A stretch of DNA of 64,000 nt from contig CM060733.1 of assembly GCA_030704615.1 (NCBI GenBank), positions 31,682,001-31,746,000 on the forward strand, in the 5' to 3' direction. Positions 12,911-23,812 of this stretch are shown one piece after another. How positions within the stretch are numbered: the stretch's first letter is position 1; each line of letters opens with the position of its first letter. The translations under genes were made by a program, and so were the position numbers. The notes beneath the pieces were generated by a model. The model did no database searches and was not told the origin of the DNA. It was given only the letters and a program-made list of their open reading frames with translations. Source of the DNA: Takakia lepidozioides (Eukaryota > Plantae > Bryophyta).

Positions 12911-13234
12911 CGTAGCCTCCACTTGCTCCGCCATAGCCACCTTGAGAACATCCTCTGAGCAAGAAACATCCTCAACCTCTTCAAAAACCTTGGTCACCTT
13001 GGCCTCCAACTGATTCTCAGTCCCACTCCTCATACTGCTGCTTGAGAGATCCAATGACTCTCTCTTTGCGCATCTCATCCCACATCTGCCATGGGTGTTT
13101 GCAACCCACGATCCTGTGCTCGTCCCCACTCTCTGCCTCAACCGTCCCGGTTGGCAGGGAGGATGCACTATCCAATGGGAGTGCAGAAGTAGCCATCAAT
13201 GCTTGCAATCTCCGTTGCTCAGCCATGCACAAGC

Positions 13235-14172
13235 CAATGACCCATGTCAAGCAATTTAGATCCATTGCTTGACCCAACACTTGGCGGCGTGATGCCTCTG
13301 ACAGAGCTGTCACATCTGTAGTGCCGGTGGCAAATCCCATTGCCTGCTCTCGCTCATCCGCATTGGGCTCCACCAATTGCTGTAGCACACTGTCCCAAAT
13401 CAATCCAGGACCATTGTCTCGAAAAGCATGAGACGAGGGAAAGCTCATGAGCGTAGGCAAAGCCGAACGTGGCTGCCCCACTCGATTGACCACTGCTAGA
13501 GGTGGACGGTCATCATGTCGCACCCTCTGTGGTTGTCTCCCTTAGTCCAAAATGCCATCAACTGTGAGATTGGGTGGTCGATGAATGAAATCGTATGCTC
13601 TCTTGAGCAGCTCTGGTGGTGCAAGATTGGTCCACCACAATCGAGGTCGATGCGTGCGTGATCCCATCGCTGTTGCATCCAATAGCACCGCCAATCCAAT
13701 CCAAGATCGCACCTGATGCACACCGGGCATAACCCTGGCCCGAGAATCCCCCATAAAAAGAACATTCTCCAAGATATAGCCTAGAGGTTGCACTTGCCTC
13801 GTCTGCAAGTCCCGCAGCACTCGCAACATCTCCCAAAACAAATGCGATCGTGCATCATGCAAGCCATTCCCATGACCTACGGGAGAGTGTCATTGGCAAG
13901 GCCATCCGGTTATCACCAAGTCAATGGAACCATGCCGTTGCAAATCATCCCCCCCTAGCAAGGTAATGTCTGCTGGCAAGGCCTTTTGATACCCTTGAAC
14001 TGCTGAGAGAGGCAACAACTCAGGATACCGGTGTGTGAACAAGACAATGTGGCGCATGGAAATACGCCGAGCAATCTCATCCTTCTCCACATACAAGTAC
14101 TTGCGTACTTTAATCCCTGCTTGCAACACTCCTGCAAGCCCAGTGCCTCCAAACAGGTCTAGCAAACAAATC
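13235..14172 (-). pseudogene. DNMT3-like C5-cytosine DNA methyltransferase domain embedded in Gypsy pol (two in-frame stops)
   Basis: One frame across ORFs 13890-14729, 13542-13862 and 13017-13523. Motifs: I LLDLFGG-TG, II YLYVE, III ADIT, IV GWPCQ, VI YILENV, VIII HRPRLWWTN, IX EREQAMGFATGTT, X RRQVLGQAM. Confidence 0.9.
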
Positions 14173-14619
14173 CCTGAGTCAGGTGGTTGCGAGGTAATGG
14201 GCACTGTGTCCAAAGGAGCTAACTCAGGAGGTCTATGTGATGTCACTGAACTCCCCTCACTCACCAATGGAAAGGCCTCCCGCCATGCTTGGTGCACACA
14301 CTCACCTGCTACTCGATGCAAATTCCCAACCGTACCCCATAGTGGAATATGCACAGGCACATGAGGAAGCAAATCAGCCTTGTATGCCAATTGTTTGTCC
14401 TCATCAAGTGATGGCCTATCATCTGCATGACTATTGCCCTCCAAGAGCTCACCACCCCAAGCCACCACCCCTGAGAATGCAGCCAATGTGGGCATCATAT
14501 TCCTATGATCCACCGCTACATTCCCAATAAACCGCACTGGGAGCAGTGCACGTCGGCCATCGCCTGACTGCCATTCCGGCCTGTAGGATGCCGTTTCCTC
14601 CCAAAAGTCCAGAGTGAAT

Positions 14620-14900
14620 CCCATGGGGTATAACATCGCCCCACCAACAAGCACATCATAAGACATCGCGTCCGTAACAATGGCTTTAGCTCTCATGACT
14701 GAGCCGTCCATAGGATTGTCCGGCTGCAATCAAATGAAGAGCTCATGGCGTGTAATCCCTCGTGCCTTTTCTGAACCGCCCAAAGATGTTTGGATTTGGA
14801 AAGGACAAGGCTCCAAATCCGCCTCTGTAAGGCCCAAGCCTGCAATTGCTGCTCTTCCCAACATCAATGGCTGTGCTCCCGAGTCCAACAAGACCCGCAG
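14620..14900 (-). pseudogene. Retroviral-type aspartic protease of the Gypsy element
   Basis: RVLLDSGAQP (catalytic D codon 14885-14883) and C-terminal YDVLVGG. Same frame as the DNMT, with one TGA at 14732-14730. Confidence 0.85.
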
Positions 14901-15469
14901 TGGCCTATACCTCTTCCCAGCTGGGCATGGAGGAAAAGTACTGTTGTTGGAAATAGTGAGGAATCACTACATGATACACGGGAGGGATCCTCTTCTCCGA
15001 CGCTGTTCTCTTCCGGTATAATTGCCACTTTCCCTTCAGCACTTTAGTTTGAATTTTGAATGCAACAATCCTCTTCTCCACATATCAACATTTCGTTGGG
15101 TGATTGTAGTCAAGAAGTCATAAGATACAGACGTGACTATGACTACGTCACTTCCGTTATCATTTTAATTAATGCACATGTCGTGTTTTCATTGGTCATG
15201 TGTAGTCATGTAGTCATATATGACTTACTAAGTGACTGCAACTATGACTTCAATGGCTACAAATGTCGTGTTTTGATTGGGTGTATATTCATAAGATACA
15301 TATGTAAATATGACTGCATCACTGCAACGTCTCCGTGCCTCCTATGTCATAATATGAACAAGTGTCACATCTAAGCAATAGATAAGACTATCATTAAATA
15401 ACCTCTCAAATAACGAAGTTCGCAAACTTGGACTCCAAACAGTCCACCAAAAGGCCCTAGGCGCCCGCC

Positions 15470-15860
15470 AATTAGTGGCCTCCAAGGTCTCCAACCAGCC
15501 CTCACAATGGCTCCACAAGCCTGCCCAATATGGCCTCCAAGGACCTCCAACAGTCCTCCAACAGTCCTTAAGAAGCTCCTCAAATCTGCCAAGTATTGGC
15601 CTCCAAGGACCTCCAACAGTCCTCCAAAGAGCTCTTAGAAAGTTCCATAAGTCTGCCCAATATGGGCCTCCAAGGACCTCCAATCGTCCTCCAACTAGCC
15701 CTCACAAGGCTCTACAGGGCTGCAAAACATTGGCCTCGAAGGACCTCAAATAGTCCTTCAAACAGCCCCAAGCAGGCTCCACAAACCTGCAAGATATTGG
15801 CTTCAATAGACTCCAAATAGTCCTCAAAGCAGGCCCCAGAAGGCTCCAAAAATATCCATA
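15470..15860. repeat. ~67-bp tandem repeat, ~6 copies
   Basis: GGCCTCCAAGGACCTCCAA-like motif at 15477, 15532, 15598, 15665, 15732 and 15799. Confidence 0.85.
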
Positions 15861-15867
15861 GTCGATT

Positions 15868-16378
15868 TTACATCCGTCACTGACCCAATTTCATCCAAAA
15901 CCGTGATTTCTCATCTGCAGGTCCGATACTTCATCCACCACGATAGTTCATCTGTCGGTGCGATATTTCATCCACTGGCGCGATTTCATCCGCTGGCGCA
16001 GTTTCATCCATCCCCGCGATTTTTCATCCAATGGCACGATAGTTCATCCGCTGCCACGATTTCATCCGCTGACGCAGTTTCATCCGTCGCCGCGATTTTT
16101 CATCCGATAGCGCGATAGTTCATCCGCTGACGAGATTTCATCCGCTGGAGCAGTTTCATCCGTCGCCGGGATTTTTCATCCGATAGCGCGATAGTTCTTC
16201 CGCTGACAAGATTTCATCTGCTGGCACAGTTTCATCCATCACCACAATTTGTCATCCGATAGCACGATAGTTCATCCGCTGACGAGATTTCATCCTCTTG
16301 CACAGTTTCATCCACTACAACCGATTCTCATCCAGGAGCGTCGATGTTCATCCACTGGCTCAATAAGTTCATCCGATT
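15868..16378. repeat. CG-rich ~19-bp TTCATCC minisatellite with ~76-bp higher-order unit
   Basis: TTCATCC recurs every 18-21 bp. CCGATAGCRCGATAG recurs at about 16104, 16180 and 16256. Confidence 0.85.
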
Positions 16379-18030
16379 GGACAATGGTGGTGCTCCCAAC
16401 TCTGGGGCAATGTTCCCACGCATTCCTATGCGTTCCCACGAGTTCCCAAAGAGCTCCCAAGCGTTCTCACGCGTTCCTTTGAGTTCCCAAGGAGTTCACA
16501 CGCGTTCCCAAGCTAGGGTTTGCGCCGCTTTGCCTTTGCGATTGCTGCAACGAGCTATGGCTTCTATGGAGCAACCAGAGGTGCTGTTCTTGGTTTCTTG
16601 AGCATCAATAGACCACCAAGAGTGCCTCTAACTCCTTGAGCAAGCTATTTGCCACACAACAAGCTCTCTTTCTCTGTGGAACTTATTGAAATAAACATAG
16701 AACAAGCTATTGAGCTTTTATGGCATACCCTCTTCTAGCCATCGTATGCACTCATAGTGCTTCCTTCTATGGCCATAGTGCACCTCTTAGAGTTCCTAAT
16801 CCAGCCCTGCATTTGCCACTTCCATAGACCTGCTCTTCCCAAGCTTGGGATTGAAACTCCAACTCAAAGCATGCTCTACAAATACACTATTCTGCCCCAG
16901 ATAGAAATCAGATGTCTACCTCCACTCATAGCTCTCCTAAGCTTGAAGTTGAAGACTCCCACAAGCTGAAACCATGCTCCACACATGCACCGCTTGCTTC
17001 CTTAACACCTGAGCTCTTCTTGAACTTCTCAAACCCTGCAACACTTGCAGAAGAAGAGCTTCTTCACAAGCTCTCAAACTTTCCATTGGGGGTTTCCTTG
17101 AAGACCTCATCTTGTACATAAACACCACAAGGCTTTCTTCTTGCAAACCCTGCAACACCTTGTAACTTAAGAGCTATCTATCAAGCTCTCTTCCACACAC
17201 AAGTGCTAACTATGCTAACACCTTGCACTCATCGATGTAAGCAGGTCTTCTTCTAGTAATACGGAAATGGTGAAAAGAGGAGAAACCACTCTATCACGTT
17301 ATATAAGTCAAGCCAATGGCACCTTTGCTAAAGGACTCCACCATACAGACCTCACCCACTCTCCATCTCAAGTACTAGAGCTATGGCGACGAGAGAGGCC
17401 TCGGGAGGCTCGACTAGAAGAAGACGAGCCTGCCTACGTCTCATGTGGAGATAACCTCACCACGTCCCAAGTGAAGTTCGCCACCTCACTTGGCACATGG
17501 AACCAAATGAAGTCCCAATGCCAACAAAATACAAATATAAATGTATAATGTCCTAATTAGTTAGAAATAACTATTTCTAATTAATCACAAATAAAACCAT
17601 GACATATCCACCGGAACTTGACCTCCAAACAGTCGTCCATGAGAAGGTGAAGACAACTGAAAAACAAAAGCCCATCTATCAAGAGGATAGAAAACAGCTA
17701 GTAAAGAAGATCCGAAAAATTAACAGAGCTTTGCAGTGGTAAGAAAAAAATAGCATCACAGCAGAATAGAAGCTCCTTACTACACAAACAGGTACAAAAG
17801 AGAATTATACAAGCACCATAGGGCTAGTTATTCAAGACCACTTTCGGAGCTCCATAGGCCAAGAAGCAGGAACCAGCTATGGCTGAGCTGGACGAACGAA
17901 TTTTTTTGTTGGGAACACATAGTTTTTAAATGAGTAACTTATAAATCTCTACATTACAATTTAGACATTACATTTTTAGTCTTTCCCTCCTTGAGAACAT
18001 TGAAGAAAGCTACTATGTAAGTAGTATTCT

Positions 18031-21000
18031 TCAAGTTTGTCCTCTCTTTGCAATTTTCAAGAGCAGCCCCTTTTTCATACATGGCATGGGGTCGACAAGC
18101 GACCATTGTAAGCGTCTAACCAGTTGATCCAGAAACACCAACATCTCCAACCGCGCAAACTCAGCGCCAGGGCAGCTGTGCAGACCTCCTCCAAATGGTA
18201 CAAACGTGTGCTGAGGAGGTCCAACACCTTGGAATCGAGAGGGGTCGAATTTGTGTGGTTCAGGAAAGTACTCTGGGGCCATGTTGGAGCGGAATGATGA
18301 ATACATCACCTGTGACATAGGACACAACAGATTGTAAGTAAGACCTAGAGCTAGCTTCAGAAATCAAGTTTTCTTCAATGGAGAACTATAGATCTATGAA
18401 TTATTAGGCCTAGTTCTCAAAGTGTGAGCAGATCATGCGAGTTACAGTGATATCTAACAATGCTGATTGCTTTGGACGAGTTATTGATACTTGAACATGA
18501 TGGGTTTAGGTGGTTTTGATCGATGAAGCCCAATACTTGGACCATTAGTGCCCAATATTGAATAAGGACAAAGAGAGAATTAGATGCCAGTGGGTGGATC
18601 TGAGCAGGATGTACCTTCCACCCCTTGGGAATTGTAAAGCCGTCGAATACAAAATCGGTAATAGCCTCACGAAAGGCAAAAAGCACCACTGGTACTATGC
18701 GCATACTTTCTTGGATTACGCGCCATGTGTACTCCATGTGCCTCGTATCCGTCCAGTTCATTCCTACTCCAGGTTCCCTCTCTGCCGCAACCTGTCTTAG
18801 CTCTGCAAACTTGTACAAAATAATCAGCAAGCAATTCTATTGGAAGAAGAAGATGAAGGTGAACTCCTCCTGGAATAAGCGGAAGCTGAGTGCAATGTGA
18901 AGAGATAATTTACCATCTAGAATAAGAAGTTGTTTCACTTATTTTTTGTTGTATTATCACAATTTGCTGGTATACTAAAAGACTTCATGATTATGTATTG
19001 AGACTAAGCTTGGCCTGTAAGCACACTGGAAGCGTCTTCTACGGTTTGGAGTTTGGAGGTGAGCAAGTATACTTATCATCTTTCTAGTCTGCTGGTCATT
19101 TTGCTTGTTGAAACAACTTCATCCTTTGAAGTGTGTTCAATCTACCACGTGATGGCCGGGCGCATTGGCATCAACCTCACACGCTGTGCACACATTTCAT
19201 GGGAAGCACCCTCACCCACTTCCGTCATGCCAGTTCTCATATCAATGATGTCATAGGAAAGGTACTTCTGACAATGTGGCATGAGATGAAGGCTACCTTT
19301 CAGCATCTCGTTCAGGCAGGTCGGATTTTCAGCCAAGAGGCGCACCGTCGTGGAAAGGGCGGAGGCAGTGGTGTCGTGACCAGCAACCAGGAGAACAATA
19401 AGGTTGTCATGGAGGGCTCCCTCGGAGAGGAACTGTCCATTCTCGTCCGGCGTCGTCAGGAGCACCGACAGAAGGTCTTGACGCGGCGATGCGCATTTGT
19501 CTTTGAGTTCTTGCTACGGTCAAGATCTTGCATGGTCATAACAATGCTTGACCAATCCCTGATCTCTTGGAAAGAAAGACAACAACTGTTCCAGCACAAA
19601 AAAATTCTGCGAGGAGGTGTAAATTCATCTTGCTCATAAAAAACGGTCGGTCAGCTACGAGCTTGAATTGTAGTATGTAGCAAGTGTACTAGCACCTAGT
19701 AAATTATATGGTAGATCCCGCTTTAGTTGTACAAGAGGTTCACTTGTTACCTGGCGCCTTCTTGTCGTGATGGCGACGATGTCGCTCTGGAGGGTCTGAC
19801 GTGCCCGTTTAGCTTTCCAGAAAGGTGTGCCCGGGATAGCAAAGGGAAGGCTCTCGAGGCCTTCCATCATAACGTTGAATGCATCGAAAAGTCTGTCGAG
19901 TTCAGGGCCCTCCTTAAAGCTCAAGAAGAGGTCGCATGACAAAGCAAATGCAAATTGTTTGATGCACTTAGATCCTGTCACTTGGTCTTGATTCTCCCAG
20001 TGCTTGGATATGTGGGCCGCTGCCAATAACTCCATTCTTGGCACAAAACTCTGGAGCGATTCAGGACTGAAGAAAGTCATGAGAATTCGGCGGACGCGTC
20101 TGTGCAATCTCCCCGTAGTTGAGGTTAGTTCAAAGCAGCAGCATTGTGCAGTCACTTGTGAGAACTTTTAGGAATTCTTATCGTGCGTCAAATTGTCTCA
20201 CAATAGCAAGGTCGAGCACGTGCACATTGTTTGGATAGCAAGCTTATTGTGTGTGAAGTTGTTGATTTCTTCCTGCATGCCAATCTGCAAATTGTATTTT
20301 TGAATTCTTAAGTAGAGTAGTGACCCTCGTACCGCATGCCGTGTGGTCATGTACACAGACATGTTGCAAATACTAGACTATCCGCTCTAGACCTTTCTGG
20401 AAAAGTTCTACGGCTGAACATTGATGAAATAGGTACCAGTTCAAAGGAAGTCTGTAAAGCAAATCGTTCACTTGTTTTGGCTTTCTTCAGTTGACAAGTT
20501 TGTCCATTTCAAAAAACAATCATTCAAGGAGTATTATTTACCTGTGAGAGTCGGGCGTCCCTCTGTTGAATGCTTCTTTTCCAAGAAGGTTGACAATTGT
20601 GTCGGGCCAGCGATTTCGAACCAGTTTGTTCTCATTGGCAAACACGAACTTGTTTCCAGCAGGCGCGGGCAAGCATACAGTCCGTGCTAGCAACAGCGAC
20701 GTTTTGAACACCCTTCCATATTTCTCCTCCCGAGTCTGCGACCAGATAACCATGAGATCATTTGGCAGAATTTCACATATATCAAAGCTCTGAAATCGAC
20801 TAGATCTTGCGACTCAGAAATTGACCTATTGTGTCAACGTGTTGTATTTCACTTATGCTACGTGGATGATCGGTAATTGGATTAACAAATGCCACGGATC
20901 TCAAACTAAATATATTAGCTCAGCTACTCGTGGCATAAGTTTTCCTTGGACACGTTATTTATCGCAACAGCACGCTGAGGCGGTATCCCACAGCTTTTGT

Positions 21001-21465
21001 CGACATGCAAGAGAACGGAAGTGTGTGATTCATTGCTCCAGAATCGCTTCGTCTGTTCAACACTCCGCCCAACTCATGGGAATCATACTCACTACGCTTT
21101 CATGTTCCCTTCACGACTTACAAGGTTTCCAATAACATTGCTCAGCCGCATACAACAAGACTGAAATTCATGTACACATATGTCTAGTCTAAGCATCTAA
21201 TAAGCACTAAACTAGCTGCATGATCTAGTCGCATCCCTGGCATTACCTGAAAGAAATCTCCGACTCTGTTGTTGCGCAACGCTGACAAGAAGCTAAGTGT
21301 CTCCCCAATAACTGGAAGCCCAAATCGACCCGGTGGCAGTGGGGGCCGTCCTCTGAGCCGATTCTTCTCTGATTGCAAAGGGATAATCCGGAAAACTAGC
21401 CACAACACCAGAGTGCCAAACAGCAGTGCAAAGAGTGAACCCACAGTGGCCCCATTTCTGATCAT
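18031..21465 (-). CDS. Cytochrome P450, CYP85 clan (CYP716-like); ~6 exons (~21247-21465, 20542-20735, 19751-20114, 19295-19567, 18615-18802, 18031-18309)
   Basis: N-terminal TM helix then [19 protein letters not shown]; [17 protein letters not shown]; I-helix AGHDTT; ExxR (ESMR); FDPSRF; heme motif [15 protein letters not shown] introns. An upstream in-frame ATG at 21513 is possible. Confidence 0.9.
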
Positions 21466-21732
21466 TCCCGTATACACTTGCCACAGTCTGTCGATCTCAA
21501 CCACGTTTGTCATACCTACCAACGGAGCCCTCCAGTATGTAGAATCTACTTAACACTTCAGGCCCCGGCAGCTTTGGGTCTCCTCAGTCTCGTTGCTTGA
21601 ACTCGTAAAATTTAATGTCTCCCGAAAAGGAGCGCCAAACCAGCATCCGGTTTGCTTGCACGCTCATGTAAGAGCCTTCTGGCTTTGCACATCTTGCAGA
21701 TGCGAGGAACCCCTGCCTGGGTCGATGTTTCA

Positions 21733-22113
21733 TCAATATATGAAGCTAGAAGTTTGTTTGTTTGTTTTGTCACGTTGAGAACTCCCAAAACGTGGGCCCC
21801 AACCCTGGTGCTTGGTGCCGTTGGAAAGAGCCCTCGATGAGGAGGGGTGCACGCTTGGTCTCATGATTTTGGACATGCGGTGTGGGAGATGTGGAACTTC
21901 AAAGTACTTTTGGTAGCGGGGAAATTCGCGAGAAATTCACAAAAAATAGCAAAATGGCGAAGTGGGCATTCATGGGACAATAGTTGGAGCCTCGACGGCG
22001 GGAAGGAAAAAATTCTATGAAAAAAAATGATTAAATATGGCTTGCTTCATATATTGATGCCCTTGGACTTAGATCACATTGGACACTTGGGCCAACGACA
22101 CAGGCTGCCCTAG
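21733..22113 (+). mobile_element. Non-autonomous Helitron-like element
   Basis: Begins TC after A, ends CTAG before T, no TSD, with (GTTT)n near the 5' end. Homologous to 22475-22831. Confidence 0.6.
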
Positions 22114-22474
22114 TATATTTCTTAAGTCATGCATGCATATGTGAAAATCCCTACTGACCAGCCGGTGCGTATGTGGCAGTTCTGCGCACATGGCTTGAGA
22201 AATACACTGTTCATCCAAACCTAACCTCACTCTTGTAGCTCCGCCTCTAATAAGTATGCATAGGGAAGAGGGCCCACCCCACAAAGGGGGCAGTAGCCGT
22301 GAGGCTGCTCTTAGTTGGGCCGGCTTTGGCAGGAGTATTTCCCAATAAGGGTCAACTTCCATGTATAGGCCGGCCAAGATTGCATTAGATGACAAAAATG
22401 ACACATTGTTTCCGCGTGTTAATTTTCGCACTTGAATTGGAAGCGTAATCGAAAGTATCGATGCTAAAGCTGCC

Positions 22475-22831
22475 ATAGTCCTGCCTAAAGAAGGCAGGGC
22501 AAACAAACAAACAAACAAACAAATGTCTCGTTGATATCCAATCCACTTTGCCATTTTTCACAAATTTTTCCAAATTGTATCTCACTTGAAGGGCCAATCA
22601 TTGCCCCAGGAAAGCCCATTTTGCTATTTTTCGTGAATTTCCAGCAGCCCAAAGTACTTGAAATTCGACATCTCCCACACCGCCGGTCCAAAAATCATGA
22701 GACTAACCTGGTGCACCTCCTCATCGAGGGTTTTCCAACGGCATCAAGCACCCGCGTGGGTCCCGCGATTTCTGAGATCTGACCGAAGGTAGAAACAAAC
22801 AAATAAACAAACGTCTCACTTCATATTTTGA
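22475..22831 (-). mobile_element. Second copy of the same Helitron-like family, inverted
   Basis: Reverse complement shares TCAA.ATATGAAG, (GTTT)n, GGTGCTTG.TGCCGTTGGAAA..CCCTCGATGAGGAGG and GCGGTGTGGGAGATGT. A 3' hairpin CCTGCC-N7-GGCAGG lies at 22480-22498. Confidence 0.6.
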
Positions 22832-23057
22832 TTTAATGTGATATGATTGTCTGAAAGGCCCAAAAATTTGTCAACATGTAATGTGAAAGGCGTTTTCTCA
22901 AAGTTGTCTGTCACAGCAAAGTCCAGTGAATTTCACAGGGCCAACAGTGAAAGTCAGAAAAACAATTAACCTATCACAATAAAGCTCCAAAAACAATTCA
23001 AGCATCAAAACTTGGCTGGCCCCACTTGGATGTCTTTCCTGACTTTCACTGTAGGCC

Positions 23058-23233
23058 GACAACCAAAATGTAGCCCAGTGGTAATGGGCACATACCACGT
23101 TGGACGTGGTTGTGGGTTCAAACCATGGTCTGGTGTGTCATGAAGGTGTGTCCACCTTCCTAGCGGAAGGCAGTAGCCCTTGGGGGTGAAGTGACTCCAA
23201 GTTACGCTTCCTTGGGGAGGCGTCATACTTTTT
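23058..23233 (+). mobile_element. tRNA-derived SINE with poly-T tail and 14-bp TSD
   Basis: A box GTAGCCCAGTGG, B box GGTTCAAACC (23115-23124), T-run tail. TSD TTTCACTGTAGGCC at 23044-23057 and 23234-23247. Confidence 0.85.
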
Positions 23234-23812
23234 TTTCACTGTAGGCCCTATAATTGACTAACTAACTGATTGACTGGATTCTGGAATTAGTGTATCGCTG
23301 TACGAGATACCAGTATATATCGTGTTTTATGACCAGCCATGGCAACTTTGGCATCAGCAAACTTGGATAAAACCAGTGCAATGCCATTCCCCAGCAGGTT
23401 ATCTAGCTACCCCGTCAAGAGCAGCTGCGATGAGCTGATCGATTGCATCAACCAGGCCCTGTGCCCCTGAGCTCTTCAATATTGTAAAATATCTACTTAC
23501 AGTCCAGCTGAAACTGGCAAGTACACAGTGACCAATCTTTTCTCCTCTAAAAAATAAAATAAGTAAACAAGCTTGCTTGCACGGCGTGTAGATGTATACA
23601 TCCGAAAACGGAGCCTCCAATGCAACTGATCGGATTGATTCTCTCTTGAGCACAAAGTGGCGGAGCGTGAATCGTCATTTTGGCTTTGTCTGTACTAGTT
23701 AGCCTTAAAATTTCGCCTTGTTTCTTCCTCTTCTATGTACAGACTTGCTCAAGTAGTTTGAAGTGCACTGATCACACCAAAAGCAACTCCAGTGCTCTGA
23801 ACTGTATCAACC

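Larger units (their letters stand above)
10434..17604 (-). mobile_element. Decayed Ty3/Gypsy LTR retrotransposon carrying a C5 DNA methyltransferase domain
   Basis: Ends TGTCGTG...CATGACA with TATC on both sides (10430-10433, 17605-17608). A ~350-bp direct repeat lies at 10520-10870 and 17254-17604. Domain order is protease, DNMT, (RT deleted), RNase H, integrase. PPT-like TAGGGGAGCGAT precedes TG at 10957 on the minus strand. Confidence 0.85.

Noticed and set aside
13235-14172. Host DRM/CMT/MET1 gene
   Set aside because: No introns and no UBA/BAH/chromo domains; motif order is not permuted as in DRM; it is in frame with a retroviral protease.
10959-17256. Helitron interpretation of the Gypsy internal region (TC...CTAG between A and T)
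   Set aside because: Rejoining does not exactly restore the sibling repeat (3 bp missing), no clear 3' hairpin is seen, and the content is Gypsy pol.
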